Positions 48,488 to 62,640 of a stretch of 64,000 bases of DNA are shown piece by piece (within the stretch, counting starts at the first letter, position 1; each line of letters starts with the position of its first letter). Position numbers and translations under genes: made by a program. The stretch comes from Trueperaceae bacterium (lineage in GTDB: Bacteria > Deinococcota > Deinococci > Deinococcales > Trueperaceae). The stretch is from positions 3,488,001-3,552,000 of the forward strand of contig OZ243956.1 in NCBI GenBank assembly GCA_965214405.1, in the 5' to 3' direction. Under the pieces are notes generated by a model, which was given only the letters and a program-made list of their open reading frames with translations, did not search any database and was not told the origin of the DNA.

Positions 48488-48904
48488 ATGAGCGTCTTCA
48501 GATACACCGACGACCCACCCACCAAACGTCCTAAAGTTCGCACGCTTACTGATTTGCAGCCGCTCGTCCAGGCAGGCAACTACCGCGTCTGCTCGCACGC
48601 GGCCAGGCACGCGGCTTGCGAAGGCTTTACCGAAAAAGACATCGTCGCCGCGCTCCTTTACGGGCGCGAGTTGCTGCGCTACGTCCAAGACGAGCGGCTG
48701 CTGGTGCTGGGCTTTATCCAGCCGAGCCCAACGGTGCGCATCCCGCTTCACGTGGTCGCCGAGTACGCCAAACCGCGCTGGGTGGACGTGGTCACCGCCT
48801 TTATTCCCGCCGAGGCGCACCGGGTGGTCTCGAGGGCGCGTTTGGCCGAACTCCTGCGATACGACCGCGAGGACCGCAAGGTGAGGCGGGTGGGCGAGCG
48901 TTAG
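48488..48904 (+). CDS. DUF4258-like protein
   Basis: YRVCSHA, LLVLG..PLHVVAEY..VVTAFIP. GAGGGG RBS. Confidence 0.65.
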   Translation: MSVFRYTDDPPTKRPKVRTLTDLQPLVQAGNYRVCSHAARHAACEGFTEKDIVAALLYGRELLRYVQDERLLVLGFIQPSPTVRIPLHVVAEYAKPRWVDVVTAFIPAEAHRVVSRARLAELLRYDREDRKVRRVGER

Positions 48905-48910
48905 GGGTTT

Positions 48911-49669
48911 TTACGGCAGATTGTAAACGCGTTTGGCGTTGGCGTCGGTGGTGGCCTCGAGTTCGTCCAGCGCCTCGCCCCGCAAATCGGCCAAAAACCG
49001 TGTGGTGAGGCGCACGTTGGCGGGCACGTTGGGCTTGCCGCGTTCGGGCGCGGGCGTGAGGTAAGGGCTGTCAGTCTCGACTAAAAGCCGGTCTTGGGGG
49101 ACGCGCTTGGCCGCCTCGTGCAGCGCCCGCGCGCTCTTGTAGGTGAGGTTGCCCGCGAACGAGACCAGCCAGCCAAGCTCGAGCCCCGCACGGAGCAGCG
49201 TCTCATGACCGTTGAAGCAGTGCAGGATGCCCTTGGGGTGATTCGCCTCGAGGATGAGCCGCGCCGCCTCGAGTGACGCCTCCTCCCGCCCCCCCTTGTC
49301 GCGCACGTGTAAGATGAGCGGTTTATCATGCGTTTTGGCGAGCCCCACCTGCCACCAAAAACTCTCCCGCTGCGCGTCCAGACTCGTTTTGTCCCAGTAG
49401 GTATCCACCCCCGTCTCGCCGATGGCGACGACTTTTTCATGCCCTGCCAGCGCGGCTATCTGCTCGCGGACGAGCGGGTCGGCGGCCTCGTCCGCGTCGT
49501 TGGGATGAATTCCGACCGCCGCCCAGACGTTATCAAAACTTTCAGCGAGCGCCAGCGTGCGTTTACAGCGCATCAGCGTCGTGCCGATACTAATAATGGC
49601 TGTCAAGGAGGGGTCAGCGGCCTCTTCAGGATTTTCGCAGTAGTCGAGGTGGCAGTGGCTGTCGGTCAT
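48911..49669 (-). CDS. tatD: TatD-family deoxyribonuclease
   Basis: DSHCHLD, GIHP, AIGETG, LHCF, ETDSPYL. Confidence 0.92.
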   Translation of the reverse strand: MTDSHCHLDYCENPEEAADPSLTAIISIGTTLMRCKRTLALAESFDNVWAAVGIHPNDADEAADPLVREQIAALAGHEKVVAIGETGVDTYWDKTSLDAQRESFWWQVGLAKTHDKPLILHVRDKGGREEASLEAARLILEANHPKGILHCFNGHETLLRAGLELGWLVSFAGNLTYKSARALHEAAKRVPQDRLLVETDSPYLTPAPERGKPNVPANVRLTTRFLADLRGEALDELEATTDANAKRVYNLP

Positions 49670-49842
49670 GGCCTAAGCTTACTTAGTTCACGTGGCTGAA
49701 AAAGCGTCAACGGGGCCAGTGAGATCTTTCATAAAGCGTTCATGAAGGGCAACGATAAAGCTCATTTAATCTTTTGTGAGAGTTTTGTAAGAGCTTTCTT
49801 GTTACCGTGGTTTCAAGACAAGGACGGGACAAGGAGCACAAC

Positions 49843-50013
49843 ATGGTACAAGAAATCAGGCTCAGCGATAAGATACAGTACCTCTCCAATGGAGAACTGC
49901 GCGAGGTCATCTCGCACTCCGAAGACGTGATCACCAAGGGGTCGGCCAAGCTCGAGGATTACGAGGCTTTCGTCCTCTGCCAGCAAGAGTTGGCGAAGCG
50001 CACCTGGGGTTAG
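49843..50013 (+). CDS. 56-aa hypothetical protein
   Basis: [30 protein letters not shown]... Confidence 0.7.
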   Translation: MVQEIRLSDKIQYLSNGELREVISHSEDVITKGSAKLEDYEAFVLCQQELAKRTWG

Positions 50014-50059
50014 ACAGAGCTGCTGGATATTTTATGACCTTCCGGCGTACCATGTTCAG

Positions 50060-50797
50060 ATGGTACGCCGCCTTTTGTTTTTGTCTTTGTTGCTGCTTTT
50101 CGCGGGTTGCGCGCCGCGGGCCATCCCGCCAGCGCGTCCAACTCCCGCAGAGGCCGCCCCTCGTCCCGCCCCGGCACCTGCTCCCGCTCCGGCTGCTGTG
50201 GAGGGTGCTGTTGAGAATGCTGCGGAGGGTTTGGCATCATGGTATGGCCCTGGCTTCGTCGGCAGGATGACCGCCAGTGGGGAGATATTTACCTCCGCCG
50301 AGTTTACCGCGGCGCACAAGACGCTGCCCTTTAATACGCGCGTCCGCGTGACGAATTTAGCGAACGGTCGCAGCGTCGTGGTACGCATTAACGACCGCGG
50401 ACCCTTCAAGCCGGGGCGGGTGATTGACCTCTCGAGGGTCGCCGCCCAGCGGCTCGACATGGTCGGGAGCGGGGTGGCGCGGGTGCGGTTGGAGGTGCTG
50501 GACGGTGGCTCGAGTAGTTTAGGCGGTGCTGGATTGGCTAGTGCTGGACTGGCCCTTGCAGAGCCGGTAAAACAGGCTCCCTGGCAGGCGGCGGCGTGGG
50601 GCACACTCACGGGCTACGACGCGATGTCGCGCTTTCACGAGGAGGGCGATCTGCTTTTTCTAACCTCGTTAAAAGCCACCGACCCCGTGCTCGTCCGCGT
50701 GGTCGCCAGCCAACCGCCCGCCGGAACGCGCGCGGACATCCTCTTGTCGCCCGAAGCTTTCGCGCTGCTGGGAGCCGCCGTGTCGGAGGCTCCCTGA
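50060..50797 (+). CDS. rlpA: RlpA-family lytic transglycosylase lipoprotein
   Basis: Lipobox [30 protein letters not shown]. Confidence 0.88.
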   Translation: MVRRLLFLSLLLLFAGCAPRAIPPARPTPAEAAPRPAPAPAPAPAAVEGAVENAAEGLASWYGPGFVGRMTASGEIFTSAEFTAAHKTLPFNTRVRVTNLANGRSVVVRINDRGPFKPGRVIDLSRVAAQRLDMVGSGVARVRLEVLDGGSSSLGGAGLASAGLALAEPVKQAPWQAAAWGTLTGYDAMSRFHEEGDLLFLTSLKATDPVLVRVVASQPPAGTRADILLSPEAFALLGAAVSEAP

Positions 50798-50806
50798 GTC
50801 CGATAT

Positions 50807-51601
50807 TCAACTTAAGGCAGCTTCCCGCACGCACGCCCCCGCAATCTCGGACGCCAGCGCGCCAACGTCTTCCCCTCTACTGATGGCCGAAATGAGCGCC
50901 GAGCCGACCACCACGCCGTCCGCCACCCTGGCGATGGGGCGCGCCGCCTCGCCGCTCCCCACGCCGAAGCCGACCGCCACGGGTAAATCGGTCACGGCCT
51001 TGACGCGCTTCACCAGTTCGGGCACCTCCGCGGGCAGCGCCTCGCGCGCGCCCGTCACGCCCGTGACCGAGACCGCGTAGACGAAACCGCGACAGGCCGC
51101 CGTCACAAGTTTCAAACGCGCCTCGGTGGAGGTGGGGGCAACCAGAAAGATGGTATCGAGTTCCGCCTCTCGAGCCGCCTCAATCAGCGTTTCCCCCTCG
51201 TCGGGCGGCAGGTCGGGGAGGATGACGCCGTCGGCCCCCGCTTCTTTGAGGTCCCGTACAAAGCCCTGTTCGCCGCGCCTGTAGCAGTAGATGGGATTGT
51301 AATAGGTCATGAGCACGATAGCCTTGTCGCTCTCTTCTCGCAACGCGCGAATAAGCTCAAAGGTTCTTTGCGTGCTCATCCCGTTTTGTAAAACCTGCTC
51401 AGAGGCGCGTTGGATGGTCGGGCCGTCACCCAGCGGGTCGGAGTAGGGGAGGCCGACCTCGAGCACGTCCGCAACCTCTAAAAGCTCCCTCGCGTGCTCC
51501 AAAAACCCCGCTTCGTCCGGAAAGCCCGCCGTCAGAAAAGGCACAAAAGCCGCGCGCTCCTCCTTTTTCGCCCTAGCAAACGCCTCGTCAATTCTGCTCA
51601 T
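50807..51601 (-). CDS. trpA: tryptophan synthase alpha chain
   Basis: [29 protein letters not shown]. Confidence 0.96.
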   Translation of the reverse strand: MSRIDEAFARAKKEERAAFVPFLTAGFPDEAGFLEHARELLEVADVLEVGLPYSDPLGDGPTIQRASEQVLQNGMSTQRTFELIRALREESDKAIVLMTYYNPIYCYRRGEQGFVRDLKEAGADGVILPDLPPDEGETLIEAAREAELDTIFLVAPTSTEARLKLVTAACRGFVYAVSVTGVTGAREALPAEVPELVKRVKAVTDLPVAVGFGVGSGEAARPIARVADGVVVGSALISAISRGEDVGALASEIAGACVREAALS

Positions 51602-52814
51602 GCGCGTCTCCCGTCATTTTGAGCACCCGCATCGCCTCGTTCACGTCCTTGTCGCCTCGTCCCGAGAGGTTGATGATGATGATTTGCTCCTTTGTCATGT
51701 CTGCGGCGAGCCGCATGGCGTAGGCGACGGCGTGGGCGGTCTCGAGGGCCGGGATAATTCCCTCGATTTCGCTGAGCGCTCGGAAAGCCTCGAGCGCCTC
51801 CGCGTCGTCCACACCCACATATTCCGCGATGCCCTCATCTGCATAATACGAATGCTCCGGCCCCACGCCGGGATAGTCGAGCCCCGCCGAGACCGAGTGC
51901 GCCGGGGAGATTTGCCCGTCGTCGTCACTCATCAGGTACATTAAAGAACCGTGCAGCACGCCCTTTTTACCCGCCGAGATGGACGCGGCGTGCGCCCCCG
52001 TGCCGAGCCCATGCCCCGCCGCCTCGACCCCGATGAGTCGCGGGCGCTTTTCAGCGTCCAGATACGCGTAGGGCGTGAACAGACCAATCGCGTTCGAGCC
52101 GCCGCCCACGCAGGCCACTACCGCGTCGGGGACGGCGCGGCCCTCGGCCTCCTCCAACTGTTCTATCGCCTCTCTGCCAATCACGCTCTGGAAATCGCGC
52201 ACCATCATGGGATAAGGGTGCGGCCCGACCACCGAGCCGATGATGTAGAACGTGTCACGCACGTTCGTCACCCAGTCGCGGATGGCCTCGTTGGTCGCGT
52301 CCTTGAGCGTGCGCGTGCCCGAGCCCACCGGACGCACCTCCGCGCCCAAAAGCTTCATCCGGAACACGTTGAGCGCCTGCCGCCGCACGTCCTCCTCGCC
52401 CATATAGACGACGCAGGAGAGGCCAAATAAAGCCGCCGCCGTCGCCGTCGCCACCCCGTGCTGGCCCGCGCCCGTCTCGGCGATGACGCGCTCTTTGCCC
52501 ATCCTTTTGGCTAGAAGCGCCTGCCCGATGGTGTTGTTGATTTTGTGCGCGCCCGTGTGGTTTAGGTCCTCGCGCTTGAGATAGAGCTTCGCGCCGCCGC
52601 AGCGTTCGGTTAGATTTTTGGCGTAGTAGAGCAGGCTAGGGCGGCCCACGAATGTTTTGAGGTAATGCTCGAACTCGGCTTGAAACTCCGGGTCTTTGGC
52701 CGCCGCGTTGTAAGCCTCGGTGAGTTCGTCCAACGCGGGAATGAGCGTTTCGGGCACGTAGCGCCCGCCGAATTCGCCGAAGCGGCCACGGGTGTTGGGA
52801 AGAGGAAAAGTCAT
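51588..52814 (-). CDS. trpB: tryptophan synthase beta chain
   Basis: [39 protein letters not shown]. Confidence 0.97.
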   Translation of the reverse strand: MTFPLPNTRGRFGEFGGRYVPETLIPALDELTEAYNAAAKDPEFQAEFEHYLKTFVGRPSLLYYAKNLTERCGGAKLYLKREDLNHTGAHKINNTIGQALLAKRMGKERVIAETGAGQHGVATATAAALFGLSCVVYMGEEDVRRQALNVFRMKLLGAEVRPVGSGTRTLKDATNEAIRDWVTNVRDTFYIIGSVVGPHPYPMMVRDFQSVIGREAIEQLEEAEGRAVPDAVVACVGGGSNAIGLFTPYAYLDAEKRPRLIGVEAAGHGLGTGAHAASISAGKKGVLHGSLMYLMSDDDGQISPAHSVSAGLDYPGVGPEHSYYADEGIAEYVGVDDAEALEAFRALSEIEGIIPALETAHAVAYAMRLAADMTKEQIIIINLSGRGDKDVNEAMRVLKMTGDAHEQN

Positions 52815-52974
52815 GAGCCTCCTTTATAGCAGGTATCATCTGGTTTGAGAGATTCAGTCTATGAGCTAAGGTCTATGACGCAGTTTAAGGGATGATATCT
52901 GCGCTGATAGACTCAGCGTCAGTAAAACCACCATAGACGGAAAAATTAAGAGTCAAGAACGGGAAAAGCAAAAA

Positions 52975-53070
52975 CTAAGGACGCCACCAGCGTTGGTGGT
53001 GCCACTTAAAAGCGCGCGGGGTGCGGCTTCGCTTCTGTAGCGAGCGGACGCGGAGGCGCTTGAGCTTCAT
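52975..53070 (-). CDS. trpL: Trp leader peptide, 31 aa
   Basis: MKLKRLRVRSLQKRSRTPRAFKWHHQRWWRP upstream of trpB. TAAACT lies 6 nt before the ATG. Confidence 0.8.
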   Translation of the reverse strand: MKLKRLRVRSLQKRSRTPRAFKWHHQRWWRP

Positions 53071-53179
53071 AAGGAGAGTTTAAGCGAAATGGCGGGAGAT
53101 TACTAGTCGAGGCTCGAGCTTTTGCCCCTACTCACCCAACGACTTGACCGAATATGGCGGTAATTTCTACAATTAGCTT

Positions 53180-53431
53180 ATGAAAGTTCCCGTTCACGCC
53201 TTTAGAAGCCGCGCTTCGGAAATTCTCAAGCGAGCCCAACAGGAAGATGTGTCTGTCACGCATCATGGCAAGCACTACGCGGTGGTCATTTCGCAAGAAC
53301 GCTACGAGCAGTTGTTGGGGCGTGGTGCGTCGGGACTCGAGCTACTCAAAAACCTCACCCCCGTTGCTTTGGAAGAGGGTGAACTCGAGTACCCGCACCG
53401 CCATCAGGCTCGCACCAACCACCACAACTGA
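53180..53431 (+). CDS. Phd/YefM-family antitoxin, no adjacent toxin
   Basis: FRSRASEILKRA..VSVTHHGK..AVVIS..YE. Confidence 0.8.
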   Translation: MKVPVHAFRSRASEILKRAQQEDVSVTHHGKHYAVVISQERYEQLLGRGASGLELLKNLTPVALEEGELEYPHRHQARTNHHN

Positions 53432-53642
53432 ATCCACACCCCAAGCTTAACCGAATCGCGTCACCTTTTACCCTGACCCGCGCTTCAAAAGCTTATAGCA
53501 TCGTTTTACTTGGGGCCTTAGCTAAATTAGGAAAGTACCCGCTTTGCAAGCAGGGAGTCATCAGTTTGAGTCTGATAAGTTCCACCAGAAAAGAACAGCG
53601 TGCAGTACAGGGAAAACCGGAATGCCAAACAGCGTTCCGGTT

Positions 53643-54536
53643 TTATTTTTTGTTCATCAGTGCTGAGACTGCCCTCATCAACTCTGCTTCGTCCTTCAAT
53701 GCTTCAGAAAGACGCTCTGACAGCTCGCCTAAGACCAATCGTATACCTGCAGCTTTTTCAAGACATTCTTCATCAGAAAGAGCATGGATACCCTCACTCA
53801 GGGCGCTATGCAGTAGTTTTAGCGGGCTATGACCACCAATCAACAAGTTCTCTGGTATAACATCCTTTGCTATATCAAGTGCTCTGCTAAACTGTGTTTC
53901 TGAAACGGCTGTATTGAGTGCATCAAGATTATTCTGTCCTGCTCCCAACCTCTCGGCGACCTTTATGATTTCGCCCAGAATCCTGTTCTTCTGATTCTCG
54001 ACAACGCGGCGGTAATAGGTGAATGCACCTATTCCTAATCCTTGGTTTTCGCACCTGCGACCCTTCAAAAAGATTTCCTTGTCAGGCCCAATAAGCTTGA
54101 TAAGTCGTGGAGATACTGGTGGTCCAAATGTAGGGAACTCCCCAAGCTTATAACACGAACCGGAGAACGACCCATCTTCTGCTTTTGGGTTCAAAAGGAG
54201 AGAATAAGTTTTAGTTGTCTTTCCACAATTTGAGCAGCGATATGTGAGAAAGTAAGGGTTATCCCCAGTATCTTGAATAGGATTAGGTTGTGCTGAGAGG
54301 GAAGAATGCGGGCGAAAAAAGCGAATGCCGCTACAGGCATCGCTTGAGCAATAAAGCTGTAGTTCGGGCGTGTTCGGTATATATTGGTAGATAGGTGATT
54401 GTCCCCTACTTCCTACACTCCGTGGTGACACTAAATCAGACACGTTTGCCCTTTGATTTGGCGGAACCGATTCTAAAAATTTTGCAAAAGTCAGGGTAAT
54501 TTTTTCGTCTTGTGCAGTTTCTTCATCTAACGACAT
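53643..54536 (-). CDS. AT-rich hypothetical protein (Zn-ribbon + HEPN/DUF4145-like helical domain)
   Basis: CSSDAC/CSNC pairs, GAFTYYRRVVE, ALSEGIH. Confidence 0.6.
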   Translation of the reverse strand: MSLDEETAQDEKITLTFAKFLESVPPNQRANVSDLVSPRSVGSRGQSPIYQYIPNTPELQLYCSSDACSGIRFFRPHSSLSAQPNPIQDTGDNPYFLTYRCSNCGKTTKTYSLLLNPKAEDGSFSGSCYKLGEFPTFGPPVSPRLIKLIGPDKEIFLKGRRCENQGLGIGAFTYYRRVVENQKNRILGEIIKVAERLGAGQNNLDALNTAVSETQFSRALDIAKDVIPENLLIGGHSPLKLLHSALSEGIHALSDEECLEKAAGIRLVLGELSERLSEALKDEAELMRAVSALMNKK

Positions 54537-54651
54537 AGCACATATTACCAGCAGAAGGAGTCAGACGTTCTAATCGTTAAAACGTTCTGTGCGGATGCAT
54601 GAAATAGGGAATATAGGCGTCCTTGATACGACGTTAGCGGTAAGATAAACC

Positions 54652-54849
54652 ATGAAACTTAAGGTTATAGTTCACGAAGCGGAAGAAGGCGGTTTGTGGG
54701 CGGAAGTGCCTGCTATTCCGGGGTGCGCGACGCAGGGTGAAACATTTGAGGAACTGCTGAGTAATCTTTATGAAGCGGTAGAAGGATGTTTGGCGGTTGA
54801 CCTCGAGGAACCGACAGGAGCAGCCAAAGGATTCTCTTCCAACGGCTAA
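54652..54849 (+). CDS. hicB: HicB-family antitoxin, no intact hicA
   Basis: EEGGLWAEVPAIPGCATQGETFEE. Confidence 0.82.
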   Translation: MKLKVIVHEAEEGGLWAEVPAIPGCATQGETFEELLSNLYEAVEGCLAVDLEEPTGAAKGFSSNG

Positions 54850-54940
54850 GTCTGTGTGGCCCGAGCTTTCAATCAAAATTTCACAGAAAATTGATTGATC
54901 AAACCCAAAAACTCTCCGCGTTGCTCCCTCTGAAGAGTTG

Positions 54941-57814
54941 TTAGAGAAGGATTTTTCTCAAAAACTCCCCTGTATAACTCTCCTCAACCCCCGCCACACT
55001 CTCCGGCGTCCCCTGCGCAATCACCTGCCCGCCGCCGTCGCCCCCCTCCGGCCCCAAATCAATCAGCCAATCCGCCGTCTTAATCACGTCCAGATTGTGC
55101 TCGATAACAATCACGGTGTTGCCCGCGTCCACGAGGCGGTGGAGGACTTCTAAGAGCTTCTGAATGTCCGCAAAGTGCAATCCGGTGGTGGGCTCGTCCA
55201 AGATATAAACGGTCTTGCCCGTGCCGCGCTTCGAGAGTTCCTTGGCGAGCTTGATGCGCTGCGCCTCGCCGCCCGAAAAGGTGGTGGCGCTCTGGCCGAG
55301 CTTGATGTAGTCCAATCCAACGTCGTGGAGCGTTTTGACGACGCGGTGGATGCTGGGGTGGTTTTCAAAAAAGGTCAGGGCTTCTTGCACGTCCATCTCG
55401 AGCACGTCCGCAATCGTCTTGCCCTTGTAGCGCACCCCCAGCGTCTCGCGGTTGTAACGCTTGCCGCCGCACTCCTTGCAGGTGACCCACACGTCGGCCA
55501 AAAAGTGCATCTCGATCTGGTTCTGCCCGTGCCCGCCGCAGGCCTCGCAGCGGCCCCCTTTGACGTTGAACGAAAAGCGTCCGGGCTTGTAGCCGCGCTT
55601 TTTGGCCTTGGGGGTGAGGGTAAAGACCTGCCGGATGGCGTCGAAGACGCCCGCGTAGGTGGCGGGGTTGGAACGCGGCGTGCGCCCGATGGGGTCTTGG
55701 GTGATGTGGATAATTTTGTCTACGGCTTCCAGGCCTCGAATTTCCTTGTAAGGGCCGGGGGTGAGGCTCGAGCCGTTGAGCGTCCGCGCCAAGGCCGGGT
55801 AAAGCGTGCCCGTGACGAGGCTCGACTTGCCCGAACCCGATACCCCGGTCACACAGGTGAGGGTGCCGAGAGGCACGCGCGCGCTTACCTGCTGGAGGTT
55901 GTGGAGGCTCGCGCCGCAAAGCTCCAACCAGCCCCCCGCCGCCCGCCGTTCGGGCTTGGGCGGGGTGATGCGCGTTTTTCCGCTCAAAAAGTGCCCGGTC
56001 ATGGATTTTCTGTTCCTGGCAATCTGCTTGGGCGTCCCCGCCGCGACGAGTTCGCCGCCCTGGACGCCCGCGCCGGGGCCTAAGTCTAAGATATAGTCCG
56101 CGCGGTTCATCGTCTCCTCGTCGTGCTCGACAACCAGCACGGTGTTGCCCATGTCGCGTAGGCGCTCCAAAGTTCCAATCAGCGCCTCGTTGTCGCGCGC
56201 GTGCAGCCCGATGGAGGGCTCGTCCAAAATATAGAGCACGCCCACCAAGCCGCTGCCAATCTGGCTCGCCAGGCGGATGCGCTGACCCTCGCCGCCCGAG
56301 AGCGTGCCCGCGCGGCGGTCCAGCGTGAGGTAGTGCAGGCCCACGTTGAGCATGAACTGAAGGCGGTCGCGGATTTCTTTGAGGATTTCCTCGGCGACCT
56401 CGAGCGCGTGCTCATCCAACTTTTGCGCCAGCGCCACAATCCAGCCGTGCGCCTCGCCAATCGACAGGGCGCTCAGTTGCGGTAGCGTCTGGTCCCCCAC
56501 CGTCACCGCCCGCGCCTCGGGCCGCAGGCGCGCGCCGCCGCAGTCGGGGCAGGGGAGTTCGTTCATAAAGCTCTCGTACCACTCGCGCATGTCGTCGCTG
56601 CTGGCCTCTAAGTGGCGCTGTTTGATGCTGTGAACGAGGCCGTAGAGGGGCTTTTTGCGGCGGCGGGTGTAGCCCTTGGCGGTGCGGTTGACAAACTCGA
56701 TGCTCTTGCCCCCCGAGCCGTAGAAAAAAGCGTGTCGTCCCGCCTCAGGAATGTTTTTCCAGGGCGTGTCCAAGCCAAAGCCGTAGTGGTCGGCAATCGA
56801 CTGCACGGTGCTCACCGTCCAGCCCTCGCGCTTTTTTAGCTCGCCGTAGTAGCGCAGCGCGCCGTCGTTTAGGCTCAAGTTCTCGTCAACAATGATGAGG
56901 TTCGGGTCCACGTCCATGTGCGTGCCTAAACCGTGGCAGGTCTCGCACATCCCCAGGGGCGAGTTGAACGAGAACATTTGGGTCGAGAGTTCGGGGAAAG
57001 AGATGTCGCAGTGCGGACAGGCGTTGTGCTCGCTCATAAGCAGGTCACGCTCGCCTAAATCGGCTATGAGCAAACCGTCCGCGGTCTTGAGCGTCGTCTC
57101 GACGGACTCGGTCAAGCGGGACAAAAAGGTGTCGTCCTGAGTTTCGAGGATAACGAGGCGGTCGACGATGATGTCGACGGTGTGTTTGTTTTTCTTCTCG
57201 AGCCCGATCTCCTCGCCCAAGCTCACCACCTCGCCGTTCACGCGCGCCCGCACGAAGCCGCTCGAGCGCGCCTCCGCAAACACATCCGCGTGGGTGCCCT
57301 TGCGGTTCCGCACCACCGGGGCCAACAGTTGGAGCTTGGTCCCGGCGGGAAGCGCCGCCAGACTTCGGGCGATTTCTTCGGCGCATTGCGCGTGAACTTC
57401 GCGCCCGCAGTTGGGGCAGTGCGGCGTGCCGATGTTGGCGTACAAGACGCGCAAGTAGTCCATCACCTCGGTCACGGTGGCGACGGTCGAGCGCGGGTTC
57501 TTGCTCACCGTTTTTTGTTCGATGGCGATGGCTGGGCTTAAGCCCCCGATAAAATCCACCTTGGGCTTTTCCATCTGACCCAAAAACTGCCGCGCGTAGG
57601 CCGATAAACTCTCGACGTAACGCCGCTGCCCCTCGGCGTAAAGCGTGTCGAACGCCAACGACGATTTGCCCGAGCCCGACACGCCCGTGATGACGACCAA
57701 TTTGTCTCTGGGAATCGTCACGTCGATATTTTTGAGGTTGTGATGCTTTGCGCCCCGGATGACGATTTTGTTGAACGCCACCCTGCCAGAACCCACCGTC
57801 TTACTAGAATCCAC
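54941..57814 (-). CDS. uvrA: excinuclease ABC subunit A
   Basis: Two [11 protein letters not shown]alker A motifs, [14 protein letters not shown], zinc fingers. GTG start after GGAGGAG. Confidence 0.95.
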   Translation of the reverse strand: MDSSKTVGSGRVAFNKIVIRGAKHHNLKNIDVTIPRDKLVVITGVSGSGKSSLAFDTLYAEGQRRYVESLSAYARQFLGQMEKPKVDFIGGLSPAIAIEQKTVSKNPRSTVATVTEVMDYLRVLYANIGTPHCPNCGREVHAQCAEEIARSLAALPAGTKLQLLAPVVRNRKGTHADVFAEARSSGFVRARVNGEVVSLGEEIGLEKKNKHTVDIIVDRLVILETQDDTFLSRLTESVETTLKTADGLLIADLGERDLLMSEHNACPHCDISFPELSTQMFSFNSPLGMCETCHGLGTHMDVDPNLIIVDENLSLNDGALRYYGELKKREGWTVSTVQSIADHYGFGLDTPWKNIPEAGRHAFFYGSGGKSIEFVNRTAKGYTRRRKKPLYGLVHSIKQRHLEASSDDMREWYESFMNELPCPDCGGARLRPEARAVTVGDQTLPQLSALSIGEAHGWIVALAQKLDEHALEVAEEILKEIRDRLQFMLNVGLHYLTLDRRAGTLSGGEGQRIRLASQIGSGLVGVLYILDEPSIGLHARDNEALIGTLERLRDMGNTVLVVEHDEETMNRADYILDLGPGAGVQGGELVAAGTPKQIARNRKSMTGHFLSGKTRITPPKPERRAAGGWLELCGASLHNLQQVSARVPLGTLTCVTGVSGSGKSSLVTGTLYPALARTLNGSSLTPGPYKEIRGLEAVDKIIHITQDPIGRTPRSNPATYAGVFDAIRQVFTLTPKAKKRGYKPGRFSFNVKGGRCEACGGHGQNQIEMHFLADVWVTCKECGGKRYNRETLGVRYKGKTIADVLEMDVQEALTFFENHPSIHRVVKTLHDVGLDYIKLGQSATTFSGGEAQRIKLAKELSKRGTGKTVYILDEPTTGLHFADIQKLLEVLHRLVDAGNTVIVIEHNLDVIKTADWLIDLGPEGGDGGGQVIAQGTPESVAGVEESYTGEFLRKILL

Positions 57815-57977
57815 AGTCTCCTCCAGGTTGTTCTGCGCTGTTTTGTAACACACCATCTTATAAGCACTGTGGTGTGCTGCTCGAGCCCCTATGACCGCCA
57901 CTATACCCTAAATGCTGGGGTGCTTGTGAGATACCTCTCGTTTTGAACGGAACAGATTTGAGTAAACCTCGAGCATG

Positions 57978-58011
57978 AAAAAACCCCCGTCTCCTAAGAG
58001 GCGGGGGTTTT
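57978..58011 (-). terminator. rpsA intrinsic terminator (bidirectional-type)
   Basis: A6-CCCCCGTCTC-CTAA-GAGGCGGGGG-T4. Confidence 0.85.
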
Positions 58012-58025
58012 GTAAACGCTAAAAC

Positions 58026-60887
<2,862 letters not shown>

Positions 60888-61516
60888 GTTAGGGGGTTTC
60901 CTCCTTGCCTGGGATAAACTTGGCAGTATTGCATTAAACCACACAAAAGGGTGCGTTGGCAAGGCCCATACGAACGGCGCGCCAGGGGTTTTAGCAGATC
61001 TTTTCGCGGTTCTTTCTCGGCAGAAGCCGCTATAAACGCCGCGTATAGCGTATAGATATAAAAAGGTAAATATGACTTCGCGTGGGAGGCGCGAAGTCGT
61101 TGGGAGAGAAATGGGATGAGGATAGTGGGAAAAATCCTCAGGTCCAGACGCAGTATAACAGGTATGACCGGGGTGGGCGCGCGTCATCTGCACCACCAAA
61201 CGATCCAGATGCTGATTTTTAGACCTCTCGCCAGGAGTTTTACCGTCCGTACCGTGCGAAGTGAGAAGCAAGGCGTAAAAAGGTTGCGGAGCGCGGAGGT
61301 TGACCCGCGTCTCGAGGCCAAGTGATTTTCTCAAAAAGCAAATGGCGACGCCGCCCGGCTCACGTCGGCCGAGCACCCTCGCCCGCTACCGTAGAACCTC
61401 CTACAGTGTCGCTTGCCCCTCGAGCCTTATCTTGGATGAGTCGGGGCGGGACATCCACAAATCAAAAAGCTGTACCGACTGGCTCACATCCTGTCACGAC
61501 AGAAAAGGGGAGGCCT

Positions 61517-62110
61517 ATGAAATTTTTCTTGACACTTCTGGTATGTGCTTTGGGAACGTGTACGCTGGCGCAGAGCAGCACGAACGTCACAGCCGACATC
61601 GTCAGCACCGAAAACACTTCCCAGGTGCTCGGCACCGCCACGGCGCAAGAGGGCGCGGACGGTGGCGTGGTGGTCACCTTCGACATCGGCTCGAATACGG
61701 ATATTTCGGGTGGTGAGCACGCGATCCATATTCATGAGAACGGCGCGTGTGGGCTCGGTGACAGTGACGACGACGGCGTCGAGGAAGCCGGAGGCGCGGC
61801 GGGCGGCCATTACAACCCGACCGACGTCGGCCACGGCGAGGACAACGGCCCGCATGTGGGGGACAGCGAACTGTACAACTACACTTTTAACGACGACGGC
61901 TCCTTTTCGGGTGAGGTCGTTTTCCCACAGGCGAGTTTGGAGGGCGAGAACCCGCTGCTCAAGGAGGGCGGCACCGCCATCATGATTCACGAGGGCACCG
62001 ACGATAAAGAGACCGACCCAGGCGGTAACGCGGGGTCGCGCGTGGCTTGCGGCGTCATCACGGCGCAAGGTATGGGTCAAGGCACGGGTGGCGCTACGGG
62101 CGGTCAGTAG
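61517..62110 (+). CDS. sodC: Cu/Zn superoxide dismutase, exported
   Basis: Signal peptide, HAIHIHE, GGHYNP, PHVGD, IHEGTDD, RVACGVI. Confidence 0.88.
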   Translation: MKFFLTLLVCALGTCTLAQSSTNVTADIVSTENTSQVLGTATAQEGADGGVVVTFDIGSNTDISGGEHAIHIHENGACGLGDSDDDGVEEAGGAAGGHYNPTDVGHGEDNGPHVGDSELYNYTFNDDGSFSGEVVFPQASLEGENPLLKEGGTAIMIHEGTDDKETDPGGNAGSRVACGVITAQGMGQGTGGATGGQ

Positions 62111-62142
62111 GATAAGTAGAAAAAGGTTAAAGCTCGATAAGC

Positions 62143-62177
62143 TGAGGAGCGGGGTCAATCCTGCTCCTTATTTATTT
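62143..62177 (+). terminator. sodC terminator
   Basis: TGAGGAGCGGG..CCTGCTCCTTA followed by TTTATTT. Confidence 0.65.
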
Positions 62178-62232
62178 AGCAGCTTGGCAGGAAAAAACAT
62201 TACCAGGACGCTCGAGCGTACGCTTTCCCAAC

Positions 62233-62637
62233 TCAGGTACTCGCTCGCTCCCTGCGTCTCAGCCAAAGCCACACCCCCCCGCAGACGACGAAAACGGCCG
62301 AGCTCACCATGCTGATGACGTTACGCAAAAATGTGACCGTCTTGAGCTGCAACGGGTAGACGCTGTTCTCCTCCAAAAAAGGCTCGCTGACCAACCTCGC
62401 ACCGCCGTCCGCCGTTCCGTCTAAAAATGCGTTTCTGTTAAAGATGATGTATTCGTCTACCCGCCCGACCGGTGTGCCGATTTCGCCAAGCAGGGCCGCG
62501 GTCGCCTCGTCGTGGGGGATGATGCGTTGCGCGCGCTCGGCCCTGCCGGAAAGCCAAACCGAAGCCACCAAGGTGACGACGAGCAAGAGAGCGGCCAGGA
62601 TAGCCGCCACTCCTGCTACATTTTTGAGAATGGTCAC
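62233..62637 (-). CDS. hypothetical two-TM membrane protein
   Basis: N- and C-terminal hydrophobic helices, 3 nt downstream of yceI. Confidence 0.7.
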   Translation of the reverse strand: MTILKNVAGVAAILAALLLVVTLVASVWLSGRAERAQRIIPHDEATAALLGEIGTPVGRVDEYIIFNRNAFLDGTADGGARLVSEPFLEENSVYPLQLKTVTFLRNVISMVSSAVFVVCGGVWLWLRRRERAST

Positions 62638-62640
62638 GGC

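Noticed and set aside
57831..57848. Deinococcus RDRM (DdrO box) upstream of uvrA
   Set aside because: Only one half-site (TTCTGC) matches. None was convincing at uvsE or the annealase either.
57815..57901. N-terminal extension of uvrA
   Set aside because: GGAGGAG precedes GTG 57814.
60888..61376. 1116-aa version of S1 in the ORF track
   Set aside because: The extension spans the promoter/5' UTR (TATACT at 61152-61157). The SD supports ATG 60887.
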